64,000 nucleotides of DNA from an uncultured delta proteobacterium (lineage in GTDB: Bacteria > Desulfobacterota > Desulfobaccia > Desulfobaccales > 0-14-0-80-60-11): the NCBI GenBank assembly GCA_963812015.1, contig CAWETI010000003.1, positions 288,001 to 352,000 on the forward strand, given 5' to 3'. The position numbers and the translations under genes are program-made. How positions within the stretch are numbered: position 1 is the first letter of the stretch; each line of letters starts with the position of its first letter. Shown in pieces: positions 1 to 10,397 of the stretch. The notes below the pieces were generated by a model. The model was not told the DNA's origin, made no database searches, and was given only the letters and a program-made list of their open reading frames with translations.

Positions 1-619
1 GCTGGAGTTCCTGGCGGATCATATCGCAAAAGACGCAGCGCTCTTTGTAGTTGTAATAAAACTTGCCGCCGCTCAATTCCTCCTGGACCAGCTCCGGCAC
101 GATGGGCAGGGCGATGAGCTGGCAGTGGCTGTGCTCTAAAGAGGCGCCGGCGGCCCGGCCCTGATTTTTAAAGATCAGGACGTATCTAAACCGGGGGTCT
201 TCGCTGAGGGTGACAATCCGGTCACGGTAGGCCTTCAGCACCCGGACAAACCCTTCCAGGGAAATAGTGGACAGGGTGAGCTGGTGGTCGGGGCTTTCGA
301 TGATGACCTCATGGGACCCCACCCCGTTCATCTTGTCGAACATCCCTTCGCCGGCCCGGTCCAACTCCCCTCCCGTGGCCAGGGCCGGAAATTTGTTGTT
401 CACCACCCGGAGCTGCCAGCCGGGGGTATTGGGTTCGGTCCCGGGGTCCCGGAAGGCCAGGACCTCCGGCGGCGTGGTATGTTCGTTGCCTGCATCGAAG
501 GGGCAGAACCCCCCCTTGGTGACCTCCGGTTCCACGACAAAGTCATGGGGCCGCTTGCCCCGCTCCGTAGAGATAATCACCCAACGGCCGATGATGGGAT
601 CTTTGCGTAGCTCAGGCAT
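1..619 (-). CDS. galT: Galactose-1-phosphate uridylyltransferase (runs off window start)
   Basis: Hand translation from ATG at 619: MPELRKDPIIGRWVIISTERGKRPHDF...GASLEHSHCQLIALP (HxHxQ active-site motif); absent from ORF track because its stop is outside the window. Confidence 0.9.
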   Translation of the reverse strand, partial: MPELRKDPIIGRWVIISTERGKRPHDFVVEPEVTKGGFCPFDAGNEHTTPPEVLAFRDPGTEPNTPGWQLRVVNNKFPALATGGELDRAGEGMFDKMNGVGSHEVIIESPDHQLTLSTISLEGFVRVLKAYRDRIVTLSEDPRFRYVLIFKNQGRAAGASLEHSHCQLIALPIVPELVQEELSGGKFYYNYKERCVFCDMIRQELQ

Positions 620-919
620 CTGTCTCCATTCCTGGCCCCCTCACCACCAAGGGGCGCTGGTCCCCGTTGCGGCGTCGCCACAGGGATAGTCAATCATTCT
701 CAGTATACTGTCCTGGGGATATTTTGCAAGGGATTCGGCGGACATGGGCTCCCCAGGGCTCGAGCCCGGCGCCGGCTTCGGGTGAGGTTCAGGCGCCGCC
801 TCTCGCCTTGCCACCGGCTATTATCCCCTATTATAAGACGGAACCGGAGATAATCCAGCCCCGCCCCGCCTGTCACGATGGGTGCGCTTGGGCTCACTGC
901 TTACTGCTCACTCGTAAAA

Positions 920-1132
920 CTACCGGCGAAACAGGTACATGATCAGGGTGAGGATAATGCTGATGAGGATGCAGGTCCCCAGCGGGAAAGAGAAGGAAAA
1001 ATTACCCCGCTTGAAGCTGATATCCCCCGGCAGCCGCCCCAGCCAGGGTATCTTGGGGGCCAACAACAACACCGCCCCCACGATCACCAGGATCACGCCC
1101 AGCACGATCAATAAACGGCCCAGGTCAGACAT
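920..1132 (-). CDS. DUF2905-family small membrane protein
   Basis: 70 aa, two TM segments around LGRLPGDI...FSFPLGTCILIS. Confidence 0.85.
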   Translation of the reverse strand: MSDLGRLLIVLGVILVIVGAVLLLAPKIPWLGRLPGDISFKRGNFSFSFPLGTCILISIILTLIMYLFRR

Positions 1133-1307
1133 CGTCTTGCCACGCCAGCCAATTTTCGGGAGATTGTGGAGCCAGGGGCCGGAGCCCGCTCTGCTTCATA
1201 ATAATATGACGGGAACCAAGCGAATTTTCAAGGGGAATCCCTTTAGCGGTGAATTATCTCGCCCCGGAGATTGGCAGGGAAGCATATTTCAGGTTAAAAT
1301 ATTTATT

Positions 1308-2033
1308 ATGTTGATTATTCCGGCCATTGACCTCAAAGACGGCAAGTGCGTGCGGCTACGCCAGGGGCGGGCCCAGGACCTCACCGTCTTCGGCGACGAC
1401 CCGGTGGCCATGGGCCTTAAGTGGCAGGAGGCGGGGGCCCAACTCCTCCACGTGGTGGACCTGGACGGCGCCTTCAGCTCCCGGCCCGGGAACCTCGAGT
1501 CCATCCGGCGCCTGCGTCAGGCCCTGGCCATCCCCATCGAGCTGGGGGGCGGCATCCGCAGCCTGGACACCATCGATTTTTACCTCCAATTGGGCATCGA
1601 CCGCCTCATTTTGGGCACCGTCATCCTCAAGGACCCCGACCTGGCGGCCCGGGCCTGCGCCGACTATCCCGGCCGCATCAATTTCGGCCTGGATGCCCGA
1701 GACGGCCTCCTGGCCGTAGAGGGCTGGACCGAGACCAGCCAAAAGACCGCCCTGGAAGCGGCCCGGACCCTGGCGCCCCTTAAGCCCGCTGCCATCATCT
1801 ACACCGACATCGCCCGGGACGGGGTCAAACGCGGGGTGAATATCCCGGCCACCCAAGCCCTGGCCGAGGCGGTGGACGTCCCGGTGATCGCCTCCGGTGG
1901 GGTGAGTTCTCTCGACGATATACGGGCCCTCCTGCCCCTGGAACCCCTGGGGGTGATGGGAGTCATCACCGGCCGGGCCTTATACGACGGCAGCCTGGAC
2001 CTCAAGGAGGCCATCCGCCTGGCCCAGGGCTGA
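1308..2033 (+). CDS. hisA: ProFAR isomerase HisA
   Basis: MLIIPAIDLKDGKCVRLRQG, LHVVDLDGA, GGGIR, TDIARDG, IASGGV; true start 1308, not 939. Confidence 0.95.
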   Translation: MLIIPAIDLKDGKCVRLRQGRAQDLTVFGDDPVAMGLKWQEAGAQLLHVVDLDGAFSSRPGNLESIRRLRQALAIPIELGGGIRSLDTIDFYLQLGIDRLILGTVILKDPDLAARACADYPGRINFGLDARDGLLAVEGWTETSQKTALEAARTLAPLKPAAIIYTDIARDGVKRGVNIPATQALAEAVDVPVIASGGVSSLDDIRALLPLEPLGVMGVITGRALYDGSLDLKEAIRLAQG

Positions 2034-2040
2034 TTTTTCT

Positions 2041-2168
2041 GAGGGAGGGGACCATGGGGCGGCCCCTGTCCTTGTCCCCCAAACCCCCTTTCCCAACCCC
2101 TTACAGGGGGCTGGGAGGGGAGTTTGAGGGGAGGGTGGGGGACTTTTCGTCCCCCAGTCCTCCCCTCA
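2041..2168. repeat. GC-rich REP-like palindromic repeat, family A
   Basis: cccaaacccc-tttcccaacccc-ttac-aggggg-ctggga core with flanking hairpins; similar copies at ~13105, 16082, 24090, 28960, 34398, 38522/39760, 45848. Confidence 0.8.
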
Positions 2169-2186
2169 CATACCCTTTAAGGAAAC

Positions 2187-4679
2187 ATGACCTTTTCCGA
2201 TAACCATGACTTTCTCTCCCGGGTCCAGCGCCCCACCCGCTATCTGGGCCGGGAGATCAACACCGTCTTCAAAGACCCCCGGGCCGTGGCCCTGCGGGTG
2301 GCTTTGCTGTTCCCCGACCTCTACGAAGTAGGCATGTCCCACCTGGGGTTGGGCCTGCTCTACGGCATCTTGAACCGGGAGGACCACATCTGGGCCGAGC
2401 GGGCCTACGCCCCGGCCCCGGACCTGGAGGCTGACCTGCGGGCCCGGCGCCGGCCCCTGACCAGCCTGGAGTCCGGCACGCCTCTCAGCCGCTTTGACCT
2501 GTTGGGGGTGAGCCTCCAGTACGAGTTGGGCTACACCAATCTTTTGAATATGCTGGACCTGGGGGGAGTGCCGCTTTTGGCTGCGGACCGGGACCCCGGC
2601 CACCCGGTGGTCATCGCCGGCGGCCCCGCCTGTTTCAACCCCGAGCCGGTGGCGCCCTTCTTTGACGCCCTGGTGCTGGGGGATGGGGAAGAAGTGATCC
2701 TGGAGCTGGCCGCCTTGGTTGCGAATTGGAAGGCGAACCGGGGCAGCCGCCAGGAGTTGTGGCAGGCCCTGGAGGAGCTGGAGGGCGTCTACGTTCCGGC
2801 GATGTTTGCCATGGACTTCGACGAGGCTGGCAGGCTCAAGGCCATCATCCCGACAGGGCGCCGGACCACGGTGACCAAGCGGGTCCTGGATGATCTCAAC
2901 CGGGTGGCCATCCCGGCCTTGCCTCTGGTGCCTTCCTGTCAGATTATCCACGACCGCCTCAACGTCGAGATTTCCCGGGGCTGCACCCGGGGCTGCCGTT
3001 ACTGCCAGGCCGGCATGATTTATCGGCCGGTGCGGGAGCGGGACCCGGCCGCCGCCCTGGCCTGGGTGGAGGAGGCCCTGGCCGCCACCGGCTTTGAAGA
3101 AGTTTCCCTCTTGAGCCTCAGCATCGGCGACTACGGGCCCCTGGCCGGCCTGCTCCAGGCGTTGATGGACCGCCTCTCCCCGGACCAGGTGGCGGTCTCG
3201 CTCCCCTCCATGCGGGCCGACACCCTCACCCCTGAGATGATGGCCCAGATTAAGCGGGTGCGGCGCACCGGGCTGACCCTGGCGCCGGAAGCGGGCACCC
3301 AGCGCCTGCGTCAGGTGATCAACAAGAACCTCACCGAGGCGGACATCATGGACTCGGCCCGGCGGGCCTTTGCGGCGGGCTGGCAGCTCCTCAAGCTCTA
3401 TTTTATGATCGGCCTGCCCCGGGAGACCCGGGAAGACCGGCAGGGCATTGCGGCCCTGGCCCGGCAGATCCTCGCCGCCGCCCCCAAAGGGAGCCGCCCC
3501 CGGCTCAACGTCAGCCTCTCCAGCTTCATCCCCAAGCCCCACACCCCGTTTCAGTGGGAGCGCCAGGAGGACCTGGAGGAGTGCCGCCGCCGGCTTCACG
3601 AAGTCAAGGACAGCCTGCGCCAGAAAAATATTCAGACCAAGTGGAACTCTGCGGCCCAGACCTGGCTGGAGGGGGTCTTTTCCCGGGGGGACCGGCGCCT
3701 GGCGCCAGTGTTGGTGGAGGCCCACCGCCGGGGGTGCCGCCTGGACGCCTGGAGCGAGCATATGCGGCTGGAACCGTGGCGCGAGGCCTTTCAGGAGGCT
3801 GGGGTGGCCCCGGATATTTATCTAAGGGAACGGGGCCTGGATGAGCTCTTGCCCTGGGACCACGTGCAGTGCGGGGTGAGCCGGGAGTTTTTGCTGGCGG
3901 AGCGGGCCCGGGCCGACCAGGGGCTGGAGACCCCGGACTGCCGTCGGGAGGGCTGCCAGGACTGCGGGGTCTGCGACCAGGACCGGATCAGCCTCAGGCT
4001 CCAGGACTCCGGCCCCCTGCCGCCGGCGCCGCCGCGGCCGGCCGCCGGGCCGCCTGTGCCCTGCCGCTACCGGTTGACCTACGCCAAGCTGGAGGAAGGC
4101 CGCTGGCTGGGCCACCTCGAGATGGTGGCCTCCCTGTATCGCAGCCTGCGCCGCTCCGGTTTGCCCCTGGCGTTTTCCGCCGGATTTCATCCCCTGCCCC
4201 GGGTCTCCTTTTATGACGCCCTGCCCCTGGGGGTGGAGAGCCTGGCCGAGACCATGGACGTGGAACTGGCCCAGCCGGTGCCCGAGGACACCCTGGTGGC
4301 CACCCTGAACCGGGTGCTGCCCCGGGGCTTGAAGGTCCTCCAGGCAGTCCGCCTGACCCAACGCCAGGACCCCCCCGGTCGGCTGGGCGCGGTCTATCAG
4401 GTGGAAAGCCCGGCACCGGTGTTTGAGGCCGAGACCGCGGCGCAGTTCCTGGCTCAAGGGGAATTCATGGTGACCCGGCACCGGCCTAAAGGGGACCAGC
4501 GCCTGGACCTGCGCCGCCTGGTGGGCGACTTGACGGTCCTGGACCCGCTGCACCTGGAGGTGGGGCTCTGCCGCCAGGAAAAAGGCAACCTCAAGGTGAC
4601 CGATGCCCTGGCCGCCATTTTTCATTTACGCGACGACCAGACCCTGGACCTGCGGATTGTGAAGACGAAAAGCACTTAG
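2187..4679 (+). CDS. TIGR03960-type radical SAM protein fused to TIGR03936 (DUF2344) domain
   Basis: FPDLYEVGMSHLG, RGCTRGCRYC radical SAM motif, CQDCGVC, C-terminal GHLEM...FSAGFHPLPRVSF...LPLGVES. Confidence 0.9.
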   Translation: MTFSDNHDFLSRVQRPTRYLGREINTVFKDPRAVALRVALLFPDLYEVGMSHLGLGLLYGILNREDHIWAERAYAPAPDLEADLRARRRPLTSLESGTPLSRFDLLGVSLQYELGYTNLLNMLDLGGVPLLAADRDPGHPVVIAGGPACFNPEPVAPFFDALVLGDGEEVILELAALVANWKANRGSRQELWQALEELEGVYVPAMFAMDFDEAGRLKAIIPTGRRTTVTKRVLDDLNRVAIPALPLVPSCQIIHDRLNVEISRGCTRGCRYCQAGMIYRPVRERDPAAALAWVEEALAATGFEEVSLLSLSIGDYGPLAGLLQALMDRLSPDQVAVSLPSMRADTLTPEMMAQIKRVRRTGLTLAPEAGTQRLRQVINKNLTEADIMDSARRAFAAGWQLLKLYFMIGLPRETREDRQGIAALARQILAAAPKGSRPRLNVSLSSFIPKPHTPFQWERQEDLEECRRRLHEVKDSLRQKNIQTKWNSAAQTWLEGVFSRGDRRLAPVLVEAHRRGCRLDAWSEHMRLEPWREAFQEAGVAPDIYLRERGLDELLPWDHVQCGVSREFLLAERARADQGLETPDCRREGCQDCGVCDQDRISLRLQDSGPLPPAPPRPAAGPPVPCRYRLTYAKLEEGRWLGHLEMVASLYRSLRRSGLPLAFSAGFHPLPRVSFYDALPLGVESLAETMDVELAQPVPEDTLVATLNRVLPRGLKVLQAVRLTQRQDPPGRLGAVYQVESPAPVFEAETAAQFLAQGEFMVTRHRPKGDQRLDLRRLVGDLTVLDPLHLEVGLCRQEKGNLKVTDALAAIFHLRDDQTLDLRIVKTKST

Positions 4680-4709
4680 TGATTTCCCATCCGGGAACTC
4701 CTTCACATT

Positions 4710-4802
4710 CCCCCCTTTGCAAAAGGGGGGCAAGGGGGGATTTAAGCAACTCCCTGAAAATCCCCCTAAATCCCCCTTTATGAAAGTATGAAAGGGGGAC
4801 TT
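4710..4802. repeat. Palindromic repeat family B (cccccttt...aaagggg)
   Basis: cccccctttgcaaaagggggg plus cccctttatgaaag...aagggg; related copy at 32569-32588. Confidence 0.6.
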
Positions 4803-4877
4803 TAAAGACTGTTTTGCCGGCTCTGAAAGCTGACCGCTAAAAGCTGAGAGCTTTCTTATATAAAACTAGAAAACCCT

Positions 4878-6389
4878 ATGGTCAACTTGCTCCTCATCAG
4901 CGTTACGGACTGCGACACCCGGGTGGCCTTTCTCGAAGACGGCCGCCTGGCGGAGTTCTATGTGGAAGGCCGGGCCCAAAACGGTCCCGTGGGCAACATC
5001 TACAAAGGCAGGGTGACCCGGCTCCTGCCCGGCATGGCCGCGGCCTTTGTGGATGTCGGCCTGGAGCGGCCCGCCTACCTGTTTGCCGAAGATGTCATTG
5101 CCCAGGAGGATGAATTTTTTCAGGTGTGGCTCAAGGGGGAGATGGACGAGACCCCTGAAGCCCGGCGGCTGCCCCGGGCCACCATCGGCGACCTGCTCCA
5201 TGAGGGCCAGGAGGTGCTGGTCCAGGTGCTCCGGGGACCGGCGGCCAATAAAGGCGCTCGCTTGACCACTCATATCAGCCTGGCCGGACACTACCTGGTC
5301 TATATGCCCACCCTGTCCCAACTGGGGGTCTCCCGCCGCATCCCCGACGAGCCGGAGCGCCTGAGAATCAAGGCCCTCCTGGAGGAATTGCGGCCCGGGG
5401 AAGGGGGGCTCATCGCCCGCACCGCCAGCCGGGGGCAGAATCAGGACAAACTGGCCCGGGAACGGGACCTGCTCATCCGGGGCTGGCAGCGCATCCTGGG
5501 CAAAAAGGCGGCGGCCCCCTGCCCCGGCCTGCTCCACCAGGAACTGGAGGCCGCCCGGCGGGTGGTCCGGGAACTCTTCGCCCCCGAGGTGGACCGGGTC
5601 CTGGTGGACGACCCCGGGGCTTTTGAGCGCATCGCCGATTATCTGGAATCCCTCAATCCCCTGGATAAATACCGGGTGGAACTCCATGCCGGGCCCGAGC
5701 CCCTCTTCAGCCATTTCGGCCTGGAAATCGATTGGGGCAAACTCCTGGCCCCCCGGGTGTGGCTCAAAAGCGGCGGCTACCTGCTCATCGACCCCACTGA
5801 GGCCCTCACCGCCATTGACGTCAATACGGGGCGCTTCGTGGGCCGCAATCACCTGGAGGAAACCATCCTCAAGACCAATCTGGAGGCCGCCAAGGAAATC
5901 GCCCGGCAGCTTAGACTCCGGAACATCGGGGGCCTCATTGTCATCGATTTCATCGACCAGGAAAAGGCGGCGAACCGGGACCTGATTTACCAGACCTTTT
6001 GTGAAGCCCTCAGCCGGGACCGGGCCAAGACCACGGCGCTGCCCATATCCCCCCTGGGACTGGTGGAGATGACCCGGCAAAGAGTCCGGGACAGTCTGGC
6101 CCAGACCATCACGGAGCCCTGCGGCGCCTGCGGCGGCCGGGGCGCAGTGTTGACCCCCCGGACCGTGGCCTGTGACATTATGCGCCAGTTGAGCGACGAG
6201 GCCCGGGAATTCTCCGGTTACCACCTGAATCTTTCGGCGCATCCGTCGGTCACGGCCATCCTGGAAGGGGACGGGGCCCGGCTCCTGGACCGGTTGGCCA
6301 AAGAACACCAGGTGCAGGTGACCCTGAGCCCCCAGCCCCAATTCGCCCGGGACAACTTTGTCATAAGCCACGAATGGCCGGGGGGGTGA
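4878..6389 (+). CDS. rng: Rne/Rng family ribonuclease (RNase G-like)
   Basis: GNIYKGRV...AAFVDVG S1 domain, TEALTAIDVNTG, RLRNIGGLIVIDFID, CGACGG zinc link. Confidence 0.92.
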   Translation: MVNLLLISVTDCDTRVAFLEDGRLAEFYVEGRAQNGPVGNIYKGRVTRLLPGMAAAFVDVGLERPAYLFAEDVIAQEDEFFQVWLKGEMDETPEARRLPRATIGDLLHEGQEVLVQVLRGPAANKGARLTTHISLAGHYLVYMPTLSQLGVSRRIPDEPERLRIKALLEELRPGEGGLIARTASRGQNQDKLARERDLLIRGWQRILGKKAAAPCPGLLHQELEAARRVVRELFAPEVDRVLVDDPGAFERIADYLESLNPLDKYRVELHAGPEPLFSHFGLEIDWGKLLAPRVWLKSGGYLLIDPTEALTAIDVNTGRFVGRNHLEETILKTNLEAAKEIARQLRLRNIGGLIVIDFIDQEKAANRDLIYQTFCEALSRDRAKTTALPISPLGLVEMTRQRVRDSLAQTITEPCGACGGRGAVLTPRTVACDIMRQLSDEAREFSGYHLNLSAHPSVTAILEGDGARLLDRLAKEHQVQVTLSPQPQFARDNFVISHEWPGG

Positions 6390-6391
6390 AG

Positions 6392-6426
6392 CAGTTATCA
6401 GTTGCCAGGGGTCAGTGGTCAGTGAT
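6392..6426 (+). repeat. Heptamer tandem array (CAGTKRT-like x5), left flank of HEPN-like gene
   Basis: cagttat cagttgc caggggt cagtggt cagtgat. Confidence 0.8.
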
Positions 6427-6464
6427 ATTAATTACTTGAAAGTTTTATATGACTTAGGAGAACG

Positions 6465-7151
6465 ATGAGTACTTCGGTCCCCATCAATTCTTTTGATAGA
6501 GGTAAGCCTTTCTACCCTCTGATAATGAATTACTTGGTTCTGCTCATTGGGTTCAAGGACCTTGCAGCACGAGGAGGCATTAAAGATATAGAAAAAAGTA
6601 CTGGTATAAATGCATGGTTAAATCTATCTGCAATCAAAAGTGATATTTTAAAAAGATTCTCTGCTTCTAATACTGGTACAATTAAACTTGAGCGACAGCT
6701 TACTGAGCTCAGTAATGGTTTATCTAAACTATTAGGGCCACTTGAGCTTAAGTCAGAGTTCGGGGGGAACCACATCAAGGTGGAAGTTGACGATATTGCC
6801 AACGACTTGCTGTATAATGGCCCCTACGTGCTCCGATTAACCATGCTTTCCGCAGGAAGTTTGCTAATTTTAGCGCACGAGTGCAGTAAGGGTAAACCCT
6901 GGCATGATAGGAAGGCACCGCTATGGGAATTCCTTCGGCATTGCAGAAATGCAGCGGCTCATGGTGGCCTCTTCACGTTCCAAGGCAAAGAACCGTGTAA
7001 CCTTGCAGAGTGGGGACATTTTCGAATCGAACGCGCCCTGCTCGGCACAATGTTATTCAAAGATGAGAAAGGTTTTGGCTTGTTGTCGCCTGGCGACCCG
7101 ATACGCCTTCTTTGGGATATTGAACAAGCATACCCAAGTATGAGTGCTTGA
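6465..7151 (+). CDS. Hypothetical protein with HEPN-like RxxxxH motif, AT-rich insert
   Basis: 228 aa ORF, RBS AGGAG, WEFLRHCRNAAAHGG, codon usage unlike neighbours. Confidence 0.7.
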   Translation: MSTSVPINSFDRGKPFYPLIMNYLVLLIGFKDLAARGGIKDIEKSTGINAWLNLSAIKSDILKRFSASNTGTIKLERQLTELSNGLSKLLGPLELKSEFGGNHIKVEVDDIANDLLYNGPYVLRLTMLSAGSLLILAHECSKGKPWHDRKAPLWEFLRHCRNAAAHGGLFTFQGKEPCNLAEWGHFRIERALLGTMLFKDEKGFGLLSPGDPIRLLWDIEQAYPSMSA

Positions 7152-7160
7152 TTAAGCTTA

Positions 7161-7188
7161 ATAACTGACAACTGACCACTGGCAACTA
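7161..7188 (-). repeat. Heptamer tandem array x4, inverted relative to 6392-6426
   Basis: ataactg acaactg accactg gcaacta. Confidence 0.8.
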
Positions 7189-7191
7189 CCC

Positions 7192-9111
7192 ATGACAACC
7201 GCCCCCATCATTTTAGGTACCGCCGGCCACATTGACCATGGCAAGAGCGCGCTTATAAAAGCCCTCACCGGGACCGACCCGGACCGCCTCAAGGAAGAAA
7301 AACTCCGGGGCATCACCATCGAGCTGGGCTTTGCCGAGCTGGAACTGCCCTCCGGCCAGCACCTGGGCATCGTGGACGTGCCGGGGCACGAGCGCTTCGT
7401 GCGCCACATGGTGGCCGGCGCCTCCGGCATGGACCTGGTGGCCCTGGTCATCGCCGCGGACGAAGGCGTCATGCCCCAGACCCGGGAGCATTTGGAGATC
7501 TGCCAACTCCTCCAGGTCAAGCAAGGCCTGGTGGTCCTCACCAAGGTGGACCTGGTGGAGGAGGACTGGCTGGACCTGGTGGAAGAGGAAGTGCGGGAGG
7601 CCCTCAAGGGCACTTTTCTGGAGGGCGCCCCCATCGAGCGGTTTTCCGCGGTCACCGGGGCCGGCACGGAGCACCTCCTGGCCACCCTGGCGGACCTGGC
7701 GGCTAAAGTGCCCCCCAAGCCGGTCACCGGTATCTTTCGTCTGCCCATCGACCGGGTCTTTACCATCAAGGGCTTCGGCACCGTGGTCACCGGCACCGCC
7801 ATTTCCGGCCGGGTGAAGGTGGCCGAGGCCGTGGCCATTTATCCCCCGGGCTTCAAGGCCAAGGTGCGGGGTCTCCAGGTCCACGGGCAGGCCGTGGAGG
7901 TGGCCCTGGCCGGCAACCGCACCGCGGTCAACCTCCAGGGATTGGAAAAGGAGGAGTTGGAGCGGGGCATGGTGGTGGCGCCGCCGGGGGCCCTGATCTC
8001 CAGCCGCCGCCTGGACGCCTATCTGGAGATTCTCCCCAGCGCCCCCCGCCCGTTAAAGCACCGCCAGGCGGTGCGCCTCCATACCGGCACCAGCGAGCGG
8101 GTCGCCATGCCCCTCATCCTGGATGCCGATGAGATGCCCCCCGGGGCCTCGGGCTACGTGCAGTTTTTCCTCAGGGAGCCGTTGGCCTTGAAACCCGGCG
8201 ACCGCCTGGTGATCCGAAGCTTTTCCCCGGCCTTCACCTGGGGCGGCGGCCTGGTCCTCCACGTCAACCCCACCCGGCACAAACGGCGCCAGCCCGAGGT
8301 GCTGGCCCGCTTTAAGATCCTGGAGCAGGGCACCCCGGAGGACATCCTGCGCCTGTACCTTTCCGAGGCCGGGGCCGCGGGGCGCTCCCGGTCCGAACTG
8401 ACGGCCCTGCTGCCCTGGGACCCGGTGGACCTGGCCAACCTGCTGAACGCCCAGACCCGCCAGGGCCAGGTGCTTTATTATGACCAGGAAAATCAGCGCT
8501 ATCTCCTCACCATCACCGCCCAGGAGCTGGAACGCCAGAGTCTGCAAATCCTGGCCGACTACCACCGCAAATTTCCTTTAAAGCCCGGCCTCTCCAAGGA
8601 GGAACTGCGGCGGCAATTGCCCCCGGCCATGGAGGTGCGCCTGTTTAATTATCTGCTGGGCGACATGGCCCAAAAGAAACAGGTCGTCTCGGAGAAGGAT
8701 TTGGTGCGACTGAGCACCCATAAAGTGACCCTGGCCCAGGATCAGGAGGACCTCTCCCGCCGCCTGGAAGAGCTGTACCGCCGGGGCCATTTCTCACCGC
8801 CGACCTTCAAGGAGGCCACCGAGGCGTCCAAAATCGCCGGGGATAAAGTCAAACAGCTCCTCCAGGTGCTGGTCAACCAGGGCCGGCTGGTGAAGGTGAA
8901 AGAAGACCTCTATTTCCACCAGGCCGCCATCGAGCAACTGAAGGCCGCGCTCATCGATTTTCTTAAGAAAAACCGGGAAATTACCGTGGTGCAGTTCAAG
9001 GACCTGACCCAAACCAGCCGGAAATTCACCATCCCCCTCCTGGAATACTTCGACTCCGTCCGCACCACGGTCCGGGTGGGAGAGGCCCGGCGGCTGCGGG
9101 AGGGGGCGTAA
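7192..9111 (+). CDS. selB: Selenocysteine-specific elongation factor
   Basis: [37 protein letters not shown]-terminal winged helix [14 protein letters not shown]. Confidence 0.97.
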   Translation: MTTAPIILGTAGHIDHGKSALIKALTGTDPDRLKEEKLRGITIELGFAELELPSGQHLGIVDVPGHERFVRHMVAGASGMDLVALVIAADEGVMPQTREHLEICQLLQVKQGLVVLTKVDLVEEDWLDLVEEEVREALKGTFLEGAPIERFSAVTGAGTEHLLATLADLAAKVPPKPVTGIFRLPIDRVFTIKGFGTVVTGTAISGRVKVAEAVAIYPPGFKAKVRGLQVHGQAVEVALAGNRTAVNLQGLEKEELERGMVVAPPGALISSRRLDAYLEILPSAPRPLKHRQAVRLHTGTSERVAMPLILDADEMPPGASGYVQFFLREPLALKPGDRLVIRSFSPAFTWGGGLVLHVNPTRHKRRQPEVLARFKILEQGTPEDILRLYLSEAGAAGRSRSELTALLPWDPVDLANLLNAQTRQGQVLYYDQENQRYLLTITAQELERQSLQILADYHRKFPLKPGLSKEELRRQLPPAMEVRLFNYLLGDMAQKKQVVSEKDLVRLSTHKVTLAQDQEDLSRRLEELYRRGHFSPPTFKEATEASKIAGDKVKQLLQVLVNQGRLVKVKEDLYFHQAAIEQLKAALIDFLKKNREITVVQFKDLTQTSRKFTIPLLEYFDSVRTTVRVGEARRLREGA

Positions 9112-9216
9112 GGCTTGGTTTATTTATCCTATCCGCCTGAAGACCACCAGAAAACCGGACTTTCCCTCCCACATTGCCAAGGGCAGGCCCATGGAGTAAA
9201 ATAGCACGATGGATAG

Positions 9217-10185
9217 GTGGCGCCGTTTCTTAAGGTCCCGGTTGACCGGGCGATTCCGGGCAGCCGGGGGCAACCTGGTTTTCCCGGGGGGCCCGCCGGA
9301 GAGGTATCGGCTGTGACCACCATGTCCTTTATGGAACATCTGGAGGAGCTGCGCCACCGTCTCATTGTCAGCGTAGTGGCCGTCCTCATCTGTATGGGCA
9401 TCGCCTGGCCCCTGGTCCCCACGGTGCAGCAATACATCACCCGGCCCTTGCAGGAGCCGTCGGTCACCCAGAAATGGTCTTATGTCCTGGATACCTGGGT
9501 CATCCAGAAATTCCCCGACCTCGCCCACCGGTTGGGGGTTAAGCCGGAGCCTCCCAAAGTCAATCCCCACCGGCTGAACTACATGGCGCCCCTGGAGCCG
9601 TTTTTCGTCCAGATGAAGATTGCGATGATCACCGGGCTGGCCCTGGGTTTCCCCATCATCTTCTACCAGATGTGGCTGTTTTTTTCGCCGGCCCTCTATC
9701 CCAAAGAGAAGAAGATCATTTATTATTTTCTGCCCGTCGGCACCGTTGCCTTTATCCTGGGGGATCTCTTCTTTCTCAAAATGGTGTGGCCCCTGATCAT
9801 CTCCTTTTCTCTGCGCTTTGAGAGCGAGTTTTTGTTTTCCATGCTCAACCTGACCCAATTTGTCAATTTCTGCCTGCGCCTGCTGCTGCTGTTCGGGTTG
9901 ATCTTTGAACTGCCCCTGATCCTGTTGATCCTGGCCCGGGTGGGGATCGTCCGGGTGGACTTTTTGTGCCAACAGCGGCGGGTGGCAATCCTGCTCAGTG
10001 CCGTGGTGGCGGCCTTTCATGCCGATCTGCTCACCATGGCGGCCATCGCCGTCCCCCTCTATGCCATGTATGAAATTTCCATCCTGACCGTCAGGCTGTT
10101 CGGCGGACCTTATAGCCGGGGCCAGGCCCCGGAGCCGGCCGCGATGCCGGCGGAAACCGGCCTGGGATCGCCACCTGCCCCATAA
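9217..10185 (+). CDS. tatC: Twin-arginine translocase subunit TatC (start uncertain; could be near 9322)
   Basis: MSFMEHLEELRHRL, YQMWLFFSPALYPKEKK, FGLIFELP, MYEISI. Confidence 0.9.
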   Translation: MAPFLKVPVDRAIPGSRGQPGFPGGPAGEVSAVTTMSFMEHLEELRHRLIVSVVAVLICMGIAWPLVPTVQQYITRPLQEPSVTQKWSYVLDTWVIQKFPDLAHRLGVKPEPPKVNPHRLNYMAPLEPFFVQMKIAMITGLALGFPIIFYQMWLFFSPALYPKEKKIIYYFLPVGTVAFILGDLFFLKMVWPLIISFSLRFESEFLFSMLNLTQFVNFCLRLLLLFGLIFELPLILLILARVGIVRVDFLCQQRRVAILLSAVVAAFHADLLTMAAIAVPLYAMYEISILTVRLFGGPYSRGQAPEPAAMPAETGLGSPPAP

Positions 10186-10397
10186 TCTCCGAGTGAACCG
10201 GCCGATCCGGTGGAAAGGGCAGGGGGAGCCAATTAGATTGACATATTCGTATGCTGAATTATATATTCACTATTTCAGAACAGTAATTTATCGATCTTTG
10301 CCCCATCGTTAAATTATGAAAAGCCCATGATGGGCCTACCCCTGACTTTGAACCTTGAACCTGGAACTTTTCGGAACAGAACAGTAAAAGGTTGCTG

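Noticed and set aside
939..1307. 123-aa N-terminal extension of HisA in the ORF track
   Set aside because: It is the antisense shadow of the DUF2905 gene; HisA similarity begins at ATG 1308
7192..9216. Possible tRNA-Sec, selA/selD or UGA-readthrough selenoprotein near selB
   Set aside because: No tRNA cloverleaf and no in-frame TGA at a conserved Cys position was seen in the window
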